A DNA stretch of 64,000 nucleotides, from NCBI RefSeq assembly GCF_000315625.1, contig NW_005434663.1, positions 835,882-899,881 on the forward strand. The letters are read 5' to 3'. The notes under the pieces are model-generated. The model ran no database searches. It was not told the DNA's origin and worked only from the letters and a program-made list of their open reading frames with translations. The DNA comes from Guillardia theta CCMP2712 (taxonomy: Eukaryota > Protista > Cryptophyta). Made by a program: the position numbers and the translations under genes. The stretch's first letter is position 1; each line of letters starts with the position of its first letter. Shown here piece by piece: positions 11,391 to 25,400 of this stretch.

Positions 11391-13104
11391 ACTTCACCTT
11401 GTAAATACTTGCATACTTCCGTCTCTGTCATCGGTTGTTCCCTGTACCTGTCAGCATGTGGTTGATGGCTTCTTGTGCACCCTGCGGGTTCCCAGTAGCT
11501 GTAGATAACGATCAGGTCTATAATGTCACACAGACGATTTTTGTTCACCTTGTAAGCATCGAGCGTGCAAGAAGACTGCCGTTGAGTGCAAAGGATCGTG
11601 TGCAGCCTGATTGCGACTGTGAGTACAACTCTTATGATAGATGATTCGCTCACGGGCTGAAGCTGAATGGCTTCAGCAAAGGAAGCTAGAGCCAAGTCCT
11701 TCCTCCCGAACTCCTCGTAACACTTCCCGAAGACGATACAGACTTCTGCTTTCTGCTTGGAAGTCACTGGATGAAATGGTCAGGCTGAGACAAAATCTGC
11801 AAGAGATTCGGCTACATGTCACTTGACCGCCCCTCTTTCTTAGGTTCTTCACCAAAACCAAAGCTTTGCCGAATAGGCTGAGATCAACAAACCTATTGAG
11901 AAGTGTCAGCCAATCTTAGCCTACGGCAATTTGCTTGCAAACTTTTGAGCGAGGAGGATAACAATCCTGTCAGAAATGTGTCAAGCTGCTTTTGCACTGC
12001 AACGGAAAGGATAGAATGAAGCGTGGGTCGAGGGTGATATGAGATGAGAAGAGCTGCGGTGGGAGGGCAGCGGCAATGGAGCAGGCACCTTGGTTCATCA
12101 GGGTTCGCAGCAACAGCATCCATGAGATAATCAATTCCCTTGATCACCTGAAAATGCAGATTACAGGAAGAGAAACTCCACAAACAAGGGATGAGCACGA
12201 TATCTTACATCATCAGTTTCAAAGCATTTCTCTGCCTTGTACACCGCCTCCCAGATTGAATCCTTGTCCTTCTTTGGCTCCTTGAGTGGCTGATCTTGTG
12301 AGATCCTAACGAACTTGTCTTCTCGCGCGTCTTCCTTGCTATCCTTCGTCCTCGTCCTCGAGTTCTTGCGCTCCTTGTCCTCTTTGAGAAGTTCGTCGAG
12401 CCTCGTAAGGATTCGTGATCGACTGTCTGTTTGCGGCTTCTCCTCGAACTTAAAACTCTCCTCCCTCCTCGAATTTACAGGTCTGCTCTCATATAAGCTA
12501 CTCTGCCGGCGACTTTGCATGCTCTCAGTGGGTAAACGCTTCCCTTTCTTCCAGTTACGAACTTCCTCTAAAGCAGATTCCAAAACATCATTTTCATGGA
12601 CCATGTTGAGATGTCTCTGACGGGTTCCTGGTAAGAGCAACTCATACAAGTCCTGGTTGTTGTGGTTCTCGGCCATGTTTTTCTCTGCAGCGTCCTTCTC
12701 GTCTTTTAATTTTTGGTACGATTGCGTCAATTCTTCTATCTGGATATGATTCGTCAAATACAGAAATGGGAAGAGAAAACAAGAGAAAGCCGAATCAAGA
12801 TCGTCGGAGCGGTTTCAAGGAGAACATGTGTTTCAAGACAATACAAATGTTTCGAAAGACTCACCCGGAATACAAGAGCTTCGTTCCAGGCCGCTGCCAT
12901 GTCTTCCACTAATCCACCACCTCTGGCTTCCCGGCCGAACACACTGACACCCGATGCGCCTCCTGCTCCTGCTCCTGCTCCTGCTCCTCTTCCTCCTCCT
13001 CCTCCTTCTGCTGATCCTCCTGCTCCTCCTGCATCTCTTCGACCCCATCCTCTTCCCCACGCTGCGGTCATCAGCGCGTCTCCCGGCATAGCCGTTGAAG
13101 CCAT
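11372..13104 (-). CDS. Coiled-coil + TPR-like protein, multi-exon (start uncertain)
   Basis: TPR-like helices VCIVFGKCYEEFGRKDLALASFAEAIQLQP and GIDYLMDAVAANPDEP; charged coiled-coil exon 12161-12740. Confidence 0.5.
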
Positions 13105-13887
13105 CGGGGAGAAATCTTTACTCAACACAAAGTACACTTGTAACGGATTCTAACACCCACAAAACGGTTTTTGGGACCAGGAACTTGGTACTACCCACCC
13201 TCTCGTTTAGGCACACCTTGCTTGAGTACCGTTTAAAGTATTGTGAAAGAGGGGGTACTTTTAGTCTTGGTCACTACCCCTGTAGACTACTACCCCATCA
13301 TGAGAGAGGCAAGGTAGGAAACTCCCGGACGACCACGACCACGACCTCCTCGTCTCCTCGCCTCGCCTCGCCTCGCCTCGCCTCGCCTCTCCTATCCTCG
13401 CCTCGCCTCGCCTCGCCTCGCCTCGCATCTCCTTCCTCTTGCTCCTCCCTCGCCCTCTTGATTGTCCTGGTCTGATTCCCGTCTTGGTGCTAGTCCCTGC
13501 TCATCCTTGCTCCGACCCTGCTACATCATTTTTCAAGCAGGGTTAGCTTCCATCTATCATATCATGTTTCTGGAGAACCTCACGAACCAATAATATCCTT
13601 TCAATCTCCTTGTTTTTATCCCTTGCACAATGACACACCCTTGCAACACATTCGAATCAACCTTATCAGCTTCTCTCTTTCGCCCCAGCAGTCACTCTTT
13701 CACCTAGACTCTCTGTCTCCTAGTCTCCAACTTTTCCTCGTCAATACCTCTCTTTCCTTGGGAATCTAATTTCTCGTGTATTCCCTGCCATGTAGTTCTG
13801 CTGTCCTGAAAACAGTCTTTCTCACATGTTTCCACGACCATTCTTTCACTTGTAATCATTTTCCTGCCCAATCTACAGGTTCGCGCG

Positions 13888-15760
13888 ATGCCCGGCGAAA
13901 GGCCTTCTAGGGGATCTTCAAAGGAATCCGCGCCTGGCCAGGATCAGCAACAACCGCATGCCGCCAGGAGGAACGCAGGCAGAGAAGGGAGAGCAGGCGC
14001 AGGCCCTGACCTCTCTTCTGAGCTGATCTCGATGATACACAACGAGGTAAGAGCAGAACTGCAAAGATCTGCCAGGGGCCCTCGTGGTGAAGCAGGTGGC
14101 CTGAGGGGAGGTGAAGCAGCAGAGGTCAGGAAGCTGAGGGGAGAGGTCCGCGAGATGAAGCAATGGAGGGCAGTGGTCAGTGGCAGACTAGACCGGATTG
14201 AGCAAGAGAGGGAGGCATTCGAGGATAAGAATCGGAAGGAGATACACGAGCTTCAGCAGGCGTCCTGGCAATACAAGGAGCAAATCAACAGGCTGACACG
14301 GGAGATGAAGAGCGTCGACGACAATGTTAGCATTGTGAAAGACAACTTGAGCGACCTGAACAGGAGCATGGACACCCGGCTTCTAAACCTGCAGAACGGC
14401 ATGTTAGAAGGTGTCGCTCAGTTGTTAGGTGTACAGCAACAAACAACTTCAACCCAGCGGAGGACGTCAAATCCAAATTCCTCACCCACTGACGAAGCCA
14501 ATCAGACCTCGGAGACTTGGCGAGCAGAAGCAGCACAAGACGTGATGCAGGACAATGAAGAGGGAGAGACGAGCCATGCAGATGCAGCGAGCGCTAATGG
14601 TGCAGAGCAGATGGAGAACGATCTATTGCGCCAAGTCACTCCCCCAGCAGATGCCTCTGCTCAGTCGAACTTGGAAGAAGCGAGCAGGTTGGTCGAGAAG
14701 CTTCATCGTACGTTGCTCTGACCATACAGTTTGCAGGATGGACGAAGACAATGCTTTCAGTCAAGATCCGTTCTCAGAGCCTTCGCAGGTTCCAACCTCC
14801 ATGTACCAAGAACGGTTCCACCAAGGATCGCCTGTCACCACTACTGTCACCATGCAACAGCAGCCATCTCCCATCACAGCTGAGCGCCTTTCCCGATCAC
14901 AAACTCCATCTACGTCGAGGTCTCCGGACAGAACAAGGATGGAGTGCAAAATGCCAAGTTTTTACACACAAGCTCTTAGCAGCGACACAGAGGTTCATAG
15001 GCACAGCTTTTCCAGCACATGGGAAGGAAACAATCCAGCACCCTCCTTCGGCTCTGATCAGCAGACTTCATGGAACCGCCTGAACTTGCAAGACCAGGAC
15101 CAGGACCAGGACCAGGACCAGGACCAGGACCAGGATCAGGACCAGGACCAGGACCAGGACCAGGATCAGGATCAGGATCAGGACCAGCATCACCAGGGCC
15201 AGGGCCAGGATGGGAGACTCTCGAACGAGGTCGGCAACGATCATGAGAGCGACCTGGAGGAGATCGTCGTGGAGGAGATGGAGCCGGAGGTCAACGAGAT
15301 TCTTGACTCCGAAGACGAATCACTGGAGGATCGCCAGAAGCTGCTCCAGCACTTCACAGAGGCTGAGATCGACTTCCTGACCGAGCTAGCCGAGGGCCTG
15401 AACTGGGAGGGAGGAACGCAGCAGTACAGGCAGGCCCAAGACTGCACCCTAGAGCACTACAAGAGGAAGAGGAGGGACCGTGACATTGTGCAAGGCGCGT
15501 TGGTCCTTATGGAGTTCAAGGTCCCGTCCGGAAGGAAGCGGAGGAGGAGCGTCGTCTTGCGCAAATACGAGAACGCGCGGAGGAGGAACCGGCACTGGTG
15601 GTGGGGGAAGGTGATCAGTACAAGTCCCGCCATGTCGGAGGAACCGAAGAAGTTCTCCGTGTACTTCGAGGACCACAAGGTCTTCGACTACAACTTCAAC
15701 CATGACGAGAGGATGCGTGTAGTACGTAGACAGCTGGCTGAGCAGCTCAGGGACGACTGA
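13888..15760 (+). CDS. Coiled-coil protein with (DQ)n tract and C-terminal Tudor-like domain; one 49-nt intron (14688-14736)
   Basis: Intron GTTGGT...TTTGCAG joins the two long ORFs in frame (..ASR-MDED..); C-terminus HWWWGKVIS..KFSVYFEDH resembles a Tudor/SH3-like barrel. Confidence 0.6.
15092..15187 (+). repeat. (GACCAG)n coding hexamer repeat (poly-DQ)
   Basis: About 16 GAYCAG units. Confidence 0.95.
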
Positions 15761-16341
15761 GCCTCCCTGTCCTCTGCCTCCTCCTTCCCCTTCTTATGCC
15801 GAAGGGAATGACTTGTAATGAAGAAGCTATCAAGCTCCCATCCTCTTCCCCTCTCTGTTCCAAGTTTGAGAGCATCCGTTGATTGCGTCGCTTCTCTCTC
15901 GTCCTCCTCTTCCTCCTCTCCCCCCCCCCCCCCCCTTCTCCTTTTCCCTCCCTTCCTCTACCTGATACTGTCTGCCATCAGTGACACGATCGGACTGCAC
16001 AAATGCATTTTCTCCCAGTGATTTTCTCCTTGAATTTGCTGAGAGGGGATGTGGGGCCCTCTATAGTGCGAATGCTGTTTGACTAGTGATGGCTGGGTGC
16101 GAAGTGTTGCTGCATGGTGGGGGGGGGGAGAAGGATGACGGGAGAGGAGAAGAGGGAGGAGGGATGGGAAAGGGAAGAAGGAAGAGAGAGGAAGAGGAGG
16201 ATTCTTGCATGAAGGGAAGGGAAACGAGGAGGTTGATTTCTGACTCATTTTGCAGGCTGAAACTGATTGGATCAGCACCAGCATGTCTTGTTGAAACTTT
16301 TTTATCATCCCTTCAGGCAAACTGCACCAACAACATCCATC

Positions 16342-16830
16342 ATGCACTTCAACTATCCCCTCCTCGTCCTCCTCTTGTCCTTTGCCCTCTCTAGCGGATC
16401 TGCTTCCTCCACAAACTGCTCAGCCTCCGAAGCAACTTGGTCGATGGAAGGGACCTGCGGCAACGCGACTGGAACGAGCGCGGCGGGAGTGATCACGGAC
16501 GGGCCGGGCGACTACTCGGCGTCCGAGCGATGCTTTTGGAAGATCACCACCAGCGCAGATGTTGAGCTCAAGTTCCAGTCCTTCGAGACTGAGCCAGTCC
16601 TGGACAAGCTGCAGGTCTGGTCCTGCGAGTTCTGGTCAGAGGAGATGCCATGCACAAACTGCGACAAGGTGCTGGCGTCGTTCGACGGCTCCCTTGGAAG
16701 CTTCAACTTCACCGCCAGCAATGCAGGAGGAGGGAGACGTTGCGTTACTGTCGCCTTCTACACTGACCCGATGACTCAGCTGTTAGGGTTCTACGGGGAC
16801 TGGAGCTTGAAGTGTCCTCCCCCGCAGTAG
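16342..16830 (+). CDS. Small secreted CUB-domain protein
   Basis: Signal peptide MHFNYPLLVLLLSFALSSG; GVITDGPGDYSASERCFWKI, LKFQSFETE..DKLQV, VAFYTD..GFYGDW. Confidence 0.8.
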   Translation: MHFNYPLLVLLLSFALSSGSASSTNCSASEATWSMEGTCGNATGTSAAGVITDGPGDYSASERCFWKITTSADVELKFQSFETEPVLDKLQVWSCEFWSEEMPCTNCDKVLASFDGSLGSFNFTASNAGGGRRCVTVAFYTDPMTQLLGFYGDWSLKCPPPQ

Positions 16831-16947
16831 AGGAGAGGAGAGAGGAGAGAGGAGAGGAGCGTGGCTGGTTGCAGGAGGGAGGAGGGAGAAGTGAAAGGAG
16901 ATATAGGTTGTGTTTCACGTGAAAGTTTACAAGAGAAGATTTCAAAC

Positions 16948-17150
16948 TCATCGTAGCCCCAACGACTTCTCGATCTCGTCCGGAAGCCTGCGGAACCAAC
17001 TGGACGCAACCTGCTCGTCAAGTCATGGACGTGAAAGATGAGGGGAGGAGAAAGGAAGGAAGCAAACAGGAGGGGAATGTGGTAGCAGGAGGACAAGGAG
17101 GAAGGAGGAAGACGGTGGTTGCGGGAGTAGGCAACGAGAAGAGGAGCAGG

Positions 17151-17205
<55 letters not shown>

Positions 17206-19989
17206 AGAGTGCCTTGAGTTTGTGATCGGTGGAGGGCATTCTGATAAGGTAGACGGACCCTGCAAAACAAATTCAGCACGAGGAGGCGGCACCCTCGTTC
17301 CACTCACGTCTCAGCAGATGGGCGAGCTTGTCGTCCAGCTGGAGGCCGAAAGCCTTGGAGCTGAGAGAGGCAGTGTATCCTCCTAGAGAGAGCATCTCCC
17401 CCAAGTCCTGGACCCCATGAGGTCAGGAGGAGGGAAGGGAACGATAGGGGCAGAGTCAGGAAGCAGCAGAAAGCATGGGGTGAGGAGGATGCAGGAAGGG
17501 GGAGGGGTTGAACAGGACGTAGGAGTTAGGTTGCAGGGAGAGGAGCAAGGAGCGAGTAAGGAGAATGTAGGATTGAGTGAGGAGGGGGTCGGGGTAGGAG
17601 GCAGAGCCAGGAGGCAAGGCAGACACAACCTGACGCCTGAAGGTTAAGGGGACCCCTCCGGTGAGGTCGGCGACCACGTTCCATGCGGCCACTTCAGCTT
17701 GTTGCATCGCAATCTGACGTCGAGCAAGTGAGCAGACTTGGAAGCCCCTCCTCCTCCTCCTCCTCCTCCTCCTCCTCCTCCTCCTCCTCCTCCTCCTCCT
17801 CCTCCTCCTCCTCCTCCTCCTCCTCCTCCTCCTCCTCCTCCTCCTCTTCCCTGACCCACCTGAGCCGTGGAAGGGACAGGGGAGCCGGAGGAGTCGATGC
17901 AACGCGCGATGTCCCCAACGGCGTACAAATCTTCTTCCTCCTTCACCTGTTGATCCTCAGTGCATGATGGGGATGACAGGGAGGAGGAAGGAAACCTTGA
18001 GCATGTCGTTCACATGGATTCTCCCATCTTCCTCCTGCACGTCGAGACCCTGCAGCATCGTTGGCGTCCACGGCAGATGAGCAGCACGAAAGTCTCACGT
18101 TGAGGACCGAGGGGCGCGAGGAGGAGGCGCGGATGATGATGTCGAACTTGTCTTCAGCAACTGCCCCGTTGTTCTGCTTCCAGGAGACCGAATCGTCTTT
18201 GATCTGCACATGGGGGGTGTTATTTCTCGGAATCACTTGAGTGATCGCAAACCTCGACGACTTCCGTCCGCAAGAATTTCTTCACCCCAAGTTCTGCCAG
18301 CCTCTGTGTGGCAACGATGCGGTTGTACAGGTTTGCTCTTGGCAGGATCTGAGGGCGGTCAAGGTAAGAGAGCCAAGGGAACATGTGTAGAACTCACTTT
18401 GTCTCCCCGTTGAAAGATGGTGATATCAACATTCTTTTTCATGTTGGCTGCGAGGCTGAGCAGCAAGACGTTCACATTCTGATCCTTCTCCATTTCAAAT
18501 CTCCATCATCACCTGCAGGACAACTCGATGCCGGGGTATCCTCCACCGACAACAGCAATCTTGATTGGTTCTGCCAGCAACGATCATCAACATCCGGAGA
18601 AACTCAGATAAGTCCCTACTTTTGTTCGCAAACTTCAGCCCTGCCAGCCTTGCTCGCAGTTTCTTCGCGTCTTCAAGACTGTTGGGCCAAAGGTCAGGTC
18701 CCATGGAAGGACGTCAGAGGACAGTGGCTTGCCGTTACCTTCTGAATCCGAAGACGCCAGGCTCTCCTTCCTTCTCGTCCTGCATTCAAACATTCACCTC
18801 CTCACGCAAGGTCACAGAGCAACCTTGGAATTTCCTCCCGTCGCTAGGATCAGCTTGTCATAAGACACCTCTTGCTTCCCCCCGCCTGATCGAACAATAA
18901 ATATCAATGTTGCCTGCTATTCTCCTCTGCACCTGAAAGAGAAGCAAGGTCCACAGAGATGGTCTTGTTGATTTTGTCCACACCTACAAGCATCTGTCAA
19001 CTTGGAACTCGATTTGTTTTCGCCTTTCCATCACTGCGTGCGTTATCCCTCCATCTCTCCTTCCCTGCCCTCCCTCCCTCCTGGTCTCCTTGCCCCTCCC
19101 ACTTCGTCTTACTTTGTGCCTTTCCTTGCAAAAACTTGACACCCGTGCCCTTGAGCACATCAGTGTAGACAGGAGCAACCTGAAGGAGTAGTCATGCCCT
19201 GTACACAAGGGAGGAGGGAAACACCTCCCAATCTTGCAGCTCTCCGGTGACCAACTCATAGAGGAAAGGGGAATACACGAATCTGCACCGTAGCTCATTC
19301 ATGTTTCAAACACCAGAGTTCAACTCCAACCTCTCTGAATCTGAGATGAGAGTTACAGATGTTTCCTTGGACTTCCCTTTGGCCTCTAGATACTTGGCGA
19401 GGTTCAATGCTGTGTACAGGCCCCCGAATCCTCCCCCCACAATGCAGATGCGCTTCTCTGACCCTGCTTGCGAGCAGACCGGGAACGTTCGACGAGTCGA
19501 TCTCCCTCTTGCCGTCGATAAGGTAGGAGGGCGATGACTTTGACTATGGCTAGCAAGTTTCTGACAGTTGAGAGATGTGAAGCTGGGGTTGAAGCTAGCG
19601 ATGAAGCCGGAAGAGAAGCTGGGATTGCTCATGACGATCAAAGTCGCCTGCAGATTTTCATCATTCGGAGAGCAAACACGTTGTCGCTCCCATCCTCTCT
19701 CTCGACCTTCCCTTCCATCTCTCATTCTCTGCCTATCGCTTCCTTGCCTTGACTAAAATTGATGTTGGCCTAGATACAGAGTTCTTAGCACCTTGTCCTC
19801 CCTTGTTGAGTGACAGTCGTGTAAGACAGAACTCTATTCTTCTCTGCCTATCACCATATTTCTCTCACTTCACACCCAATTTCTCTCCCATTGTTCAATC
19901 ATCATGAGCACCAGCAGCAGCACCAGCAGCAGCAGCACCAGCACCAGCACCAGCACGTTACTGACCATGAAGAACGATGTTCCAGCCAT
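16948..19989 (-). CDS. NDC1: Type II NAD(P)H dehydrogenase, NDC1/NdbB-like (demethylphylloquinone reductase), probably plastid-targeted; start uncertain
   Basis: KRICIVGGGFGGLYTALNL FAD-binding motif; EDLYAVGDIAR; QIAMQQAEVAAWNV; C-terminal VASSW; leader ..FSSG-FIASF. Confidence 0.8.
17747..17846. repeat. (CCT)n microsatellite in NDC1 intron
   Basis: About 33 perfect units. Confidence 0.95.
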
Positions 19990-20261
19990 AGCGCAAAATT
20001 CCAGTCGATCGACAATCTGGTTTTCTTCTAGTACCCCGACTTTATCGTATCATTTGAATCGAATATTGGGGGTGGTATACTAAAAAAATTAAGAAAAAAC
20101 GTACAAATGGATTGTTTACTAAAATGTGTTTACTCATTCAATCTTTCTATTGTTTTCCACTCCTTGAGTGTTGGTTCCAGAAAAAAGAAAACCCTAAAAA
20201 AATCTCCGTAAAAGGCGAAACCGAGATCCGCCGCATGGTGGACTAAAAGAGAGTGAGTGCA

Positions 20262-20323
<62 letters not shown>

Positions 20324-20426
20324 GAGAAGAGGAGGACCACTCGGGCTGTGAGACGTCTTGTACGAGTTCGTGCAAACTATCGACACCAGACTCTGGGGAC
20401 TAGAGATTGTTCACTTGTAAAAGTTC

Positions 20427-22479
20427 ATGCCGCCCAGCACCCTCATGGCAAACTCAGCACTGCGATCCATCCTCTGCTTCCTCTTGTGCTCGCTGTTGGC
20501 TCCCAGGACTCTGAATGAGGCGGTTGGAATGGAAAAGCCTTTGTCGTTTCCCCGGCACGAAGGCGATGCAGCCGCAAAGTTGCTCGGAAGGGTGATGAAG
20601 GCAAGCAGAGAGCAGGTGAGGCTCGTGCTGGAACCCGGCATGCACACTCTGCGGGAGAGCAAGGGTGCTGACAACGAACCGCTGACGTTGAGTGTTGTGA
20701 AGCACGATATGGATTACGACGTGTTCAAAGAGCATTGCAAGCGATCGTTTCCCGACAATCAGACACGTGAAGAGGACATGGGACCGCACGATCTGTTCGA
20801 CATTCTTGACTCTACCCCCACAGCTAACCACCCTGCCTTTTCTGCATCTCCTCCGGGTTCTCAGATGGTTCAGCCCGACCTTGCAGGCAGCAACGATGGG
20901 TCAGATGAGGCTGGGAATCCCTTACGGTACCTCCCAGGAATCCTCAGCCCCTCGTGCTGCCTCCCTCCCACCAGTCGGCTCCTCCTCCGAGGCAACAGCT
21001 CCCATGACCAGAAGCCCCAGGTTGAGGGTTCTTGGAAGCTACTCAACAGCTCACGGGGAGTCTTGGAACAAGTCCACTTCTCCAACCAGCACGGGAGCAT
21101 CTTCGAGGTGCTCTCGGGGCCATGGGAGTTTCGGTCATGCCGGTTGGCTGCTGCGGGCCCGTGGCTCGTTGGCCCGGTCTGCATCTTCGGCAGGTGTGAG
21201 GCCCTGATCAACGTGTCGGACTGCAGGTGACAGTGAACTTGGTGGAGTCTAGTTGACTGACAGTTGAGGTTTGACTCGCGTCAAGGTTCGGGAGGCTGGA
21301 AACGGGCAGGAAGCGAGATGTCGCCCATCATGGAGTTGCAGCATCAGGCAAGACAGTCTGCCGCGTGAAGAACTCATGCATGGAGGTGTGAGGAAATTCT
21401 GTCAACTCCTTTTCATTTCCCCTCCGTTTGCTCCTCTGCCCCGTCCCATCTTCCACCTTCCTCACTGCTCTCCTCCCTCTGCCTTCACTTTGTTGACATC
21501 TTGTTTCCGGCCCTCTTGTCTCTTGTCAGGAATTTCGCATGTCAGACGTCTCTGCTACCGACGAGTCCAGCGTCTCCCTCTCCAATTCCGTCCTGCAGTA
21601 CAGCAACTTTGCTGTCTCTCTTGCTTCCCAAGCTCGAGTCAAGCTGGAATCCTGCGAGCTGAGAGATCACAATTACTCTGCCTTCATCTGTCCAGGTCCA
21701 CCGCAAAGCCCCCTCTTCGCGTTCGCTTCCCCTTTCTCATTCCTTCCTCTCGATCTCCGTGGCTCTCGTGTCCAGACCAGCACTCCTGACGCCTTTTGGC
21801 CATCTGCTCCATCGTTCCACCCCCTCTCAATCCCATTGTGAGTCTTCCGTTCACTGAATTGTCCTTGCAGAGCGACAGCGTTGTCACCTCGTCTCGAAGA
21901 ACGTCTCGATCCTTGGCAGGGTTTGGCATCTCCCCTTCCGGCCCGAAGGGACTAAACCCCAAACAAACTCGTTGACTCTCTCACCCCCAATGGCCATCCC
22001 GGGACGCGAGGACACGCGATGGGAGGTAGGAAAGGAATCCCTTACATTCGTTGTTGTTGTCCCTGCTCCTGCCCCTGCTCTTCCTGCTCCCTACTCCTGC
22101 ACTTACTCCTGCTGCTGCTGCTGTTGCTGCTGACTTTCTGTCTCCTTGAACATCGCAGTTTCCGGAGACTTACGTCAACGGCCGCACGGAGCTGGACGAC
22201 AGAGGTGACAGCAAGGGGACCTAAGTCCTTCTCACGATGTTGTCAGTGTTTGACGATCATCTGCTGGCGCTTCCCAGCTCCTGCTCAGAGTACGAGGAAG
22301 ATGAAGGCTTCGCCTCGCAGGTGGGCAGGAGGCAGCTGGGCAGTAGCATGACCTTGTTCCCTCAGCTTCGTCGTGCCATTGAGGCTGAGGCACAACAGGG
22401 CCGGCCAGTCGCCCCCGCCAACTTCTCCTCCTTCGTCAGTGACGTGCTGGGCTCTATGAAGCTGGACGTTTTCGCCTAG
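20427..22479 (+). CDS. Hypothetical protein with N-terminal signal-like segment, possible beta-helix region, multi-exon
   Basis: 267-aa first ORF with hydrophobic LRSILCFLLCSLLA; later exons VSLSNSVLQYSNFAV..VKLESCELRDH. Confidence 0.5.
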
Positions 22480-25400
22480 CTCTTTCGTCGCAGCCCCGTC
22501 CTCTGCCCCCTGGACTGGCGCAATTTTCTTCTCCTCAATCTCCGGCTCGTCCCTCCCCTCCTTGTCCTTGCTCTCGTCCTCGCCCCTTCCTCGTCCTCCT
22601 CTACAGCCTCGGGTCGGGCTGAGGGAAATAGCGCTCCGGAGCTCCTTGGGCGGTGAAGAGAGCAGCAGTGGTTGCCGAGTAGTCGAAGAGATGGTACAGG
22701 ACGGCGTCGGAGGGATGCCGCGGGCTCTGGAGGAGACATTCTGCCATGGGGAGGGAGGGGCAGGTATCTTGACTGACAACCTCGTGCTGGCTCAGGGAGC
22801 AGGACTCCATGAGCTTCGAGAGCATGCAATACCCCTCACCTGCAACTTTGTCAGACGTTTCAGAAGGAGCTGGGCTGCGGCTGGGAACCGTGGTTTTGGT
22901 TGGCAGCGTATTGTCGGGAGGTAGCGGAGGCAACGACAAGGCAGGTGGTGTTGGTTGTGAAGGGGAGCAGTTGGAGGAAGACATCGTAAAAGTGACGGGT
23001 GACCTAGAGGCCGAGAGGGTGTCAAACAGGTCTGGAGCAGCTGGAGAAGTGCTGGGGATAACAACTCACAGGAGCGCGGTATTGGAGGTACATGTCGGAG
23101 GTTCTGAGATCGTAGAAGGGGAGGAAGGTCGACCACCACTTGCTGTTGACGGCATCGATGAGGCAACCCTGGACTAGCTCGCAGACCTGAGGGACGTGCC
23201 AGGAGGCCCCGCAGGAGATGGCGAGGGGGTCAGCGACATGGTTCTTGACGATCCTCCTCTGCAGGATGATGTCGTTGACAAGCTGCTGCGCATCCCGTCG
23301 CTTCAAGCACGTCCGGACGGGGATCGAGGCCTCAGCTGCGGTCGGGAGCGTTAAGTTCAGCCTTGTCCTGCACTGCGCCCTGGTTGCCTCGAGAGTCTCG
23401 CTCATGTTGGAGAGGACAAGGACGCTGGCAGCCTGCTCCTGCTCGCACACCACGGACCTCGCAGCGACAGAGGACGTGACTGTGAACGTCTGCGCTGCGA
23501 CGGTGGGCCAGCTGAAGGATCGTTGGAAACCCAGGAGGAACCCGAGGGGCTGCGTCTTGTTCCAGTGCAGCAGGTCCTCCACCACCAGCCTCACGTCAGC
23601 CCCAGCTAAGATGGCAGACGCGTTGACGTAGGCATCGACGACCTGGGGCTCCCCCGTCACATCGCTGACGTAGGTCAGGACAACTTGGTTGCGGTGCGAG
23701 TGAGGAGACGACAACAAGGGAGCGAACATGCTGGACGCATGCCTGTCAAGCAATGCCCTGCTGCTGGGGATGATGCTGAACTCCAGCTGGGAAGGGAAGA
23801 CTTCATCCCCCTTCCCCATGGGGCAGGCGGGCCCAACGAAGGCAAGGAAGATCATCAGCCCTCCGCTGACGTCCAGGAGGAGGCCGCACACGATCTCGAG
23901 CACCGCAACCTCCGCCGGCTTTCCCCTGCAGTCTCCCGTGCATGCGATCCCTGTGGCGTTGCAAGTGCCGCCCGGCATCGCCCCCGCGGCGAAGGTCTGC
24001 GACTGGACGGCTGAGGGATCGAAGGGGAGGAGGCAGTCGCCGCGAGCTCCTACTTCAGCAGGTGCGCTCACGCTGCAAAAAGAGAAGGAAGTTAGCATAG
24101 GTTTGCAGTTCTCCCTCCTCCAGCTCTACCAGGCGATGAAGCCGACCATGCCGTTGCACTTGCGGACCTCCGTCCAGCTGCCGTAGGTCGATCGCACCTG
24201 CCATGGCCAGAGGCGCAGGGAGCTCATGTGCATGGCGCCTCTCTCAGACACTAGCGTGCGGGACAAGTTGGCGATCTCCCCGCTGCTCATCCCGATCACG
24301 ATCGTCGTCAGTCCTCCTGAGATGCAGGTCTTACCCAGCTCGAACGTCCCGTTGGCGAGGCAGCGGGGAGAAGCACTGCCTTCCTCAGACAGCACGAAGC
24401 CCTCGTCGCAGCGGATCCTCACGATGCCGGGGAAGAAAACTTCTCCGACCGGCTCCACGAAGCCATACCGAGGAGGGAGCAAGGAGCCGCAGCTCACAGG
24501 ATCGCAGCGAGCGTCGAGGATGTGGGAGAAGTCCGCGCGAGGGCGGCTGATGGGCGTCCCTGTCACGTAGCCTGACCGATCGTATGAATTGTCAAACACA
24601 GTGTCAATCTCCATCCTGCCCAACGAGGAGACGCATCGGGGGCTCGCCCTGTCCTCTCCTCCTCTGTAGTTGACGACCAGGCGGTAGCCGTCGTTGCACG
24701 TGAGATTGATCGAACCCCACACGGGAAGGGAACCTGGCGGCATCACCTGCCCGTTGAGCAGCCCCGGATAAGCCCCGCAAGTTCCTTCCCTCTCCTGCTC
24801 GCACGTCTTCCCCTGCGTGAATGAGCCGTCAGCCTGGCAAGTCGGGGCCGCGTTGCCTCCGTCGGATAGGATGTAGCCCTTCTCGCACACGATCGTCACT
24901 CCTCCTCCGAAAGTGACGTCATCTGCCGGGAAGACGGAGGCGTTGGGAGGAGGTGGATATCTCCCACATGAGACAGGAACGCACGTGATGCTGTCCTCGA
25001 ACGTTCCTGACGGCAGACACAGTGGACTCGTCGTGCTGTTGGAAGAGACGTTGACCGGGCGGTAACCATCATCACACTTCACCTGCACTCTCTCTCCTTT
25101 CTTGACGATCCCTGGCGGCGTCGAGTGGGCGTGGGGTGGAGTTGGAAAGGCTCCGCAGTCCTTCACGGGGGACTTGTGCCTCCAGCTCACTAGCGTGCTC
25201 AGACTTCCAGTCTGGTTGATCGAAGAACACGTCATGCTGCCAGGGTAGATGTCCTGATCTTGCCAGACGATCTTCTTGGCATCAGCGACAGACAGGACGA
25301 TCGGGTTCCACAACACGCTATCAGGAGGATTGTTTGACATGTCGGACCTGATAGCAATGCCTAGGGTGATGCCATGTTGGATCGACGAGTTGGTGACTGC

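Noticed and set aside
17456-17967. Poly-R/G/E/S ORFs
   Set aside because: Products of the (CCT)n microsatellite in an NDC1 intron
20186-20197. AAACCCTAA telomere/telo-box
   Set aside because: Single copy in an A-rich patch; not distinguishable from chance
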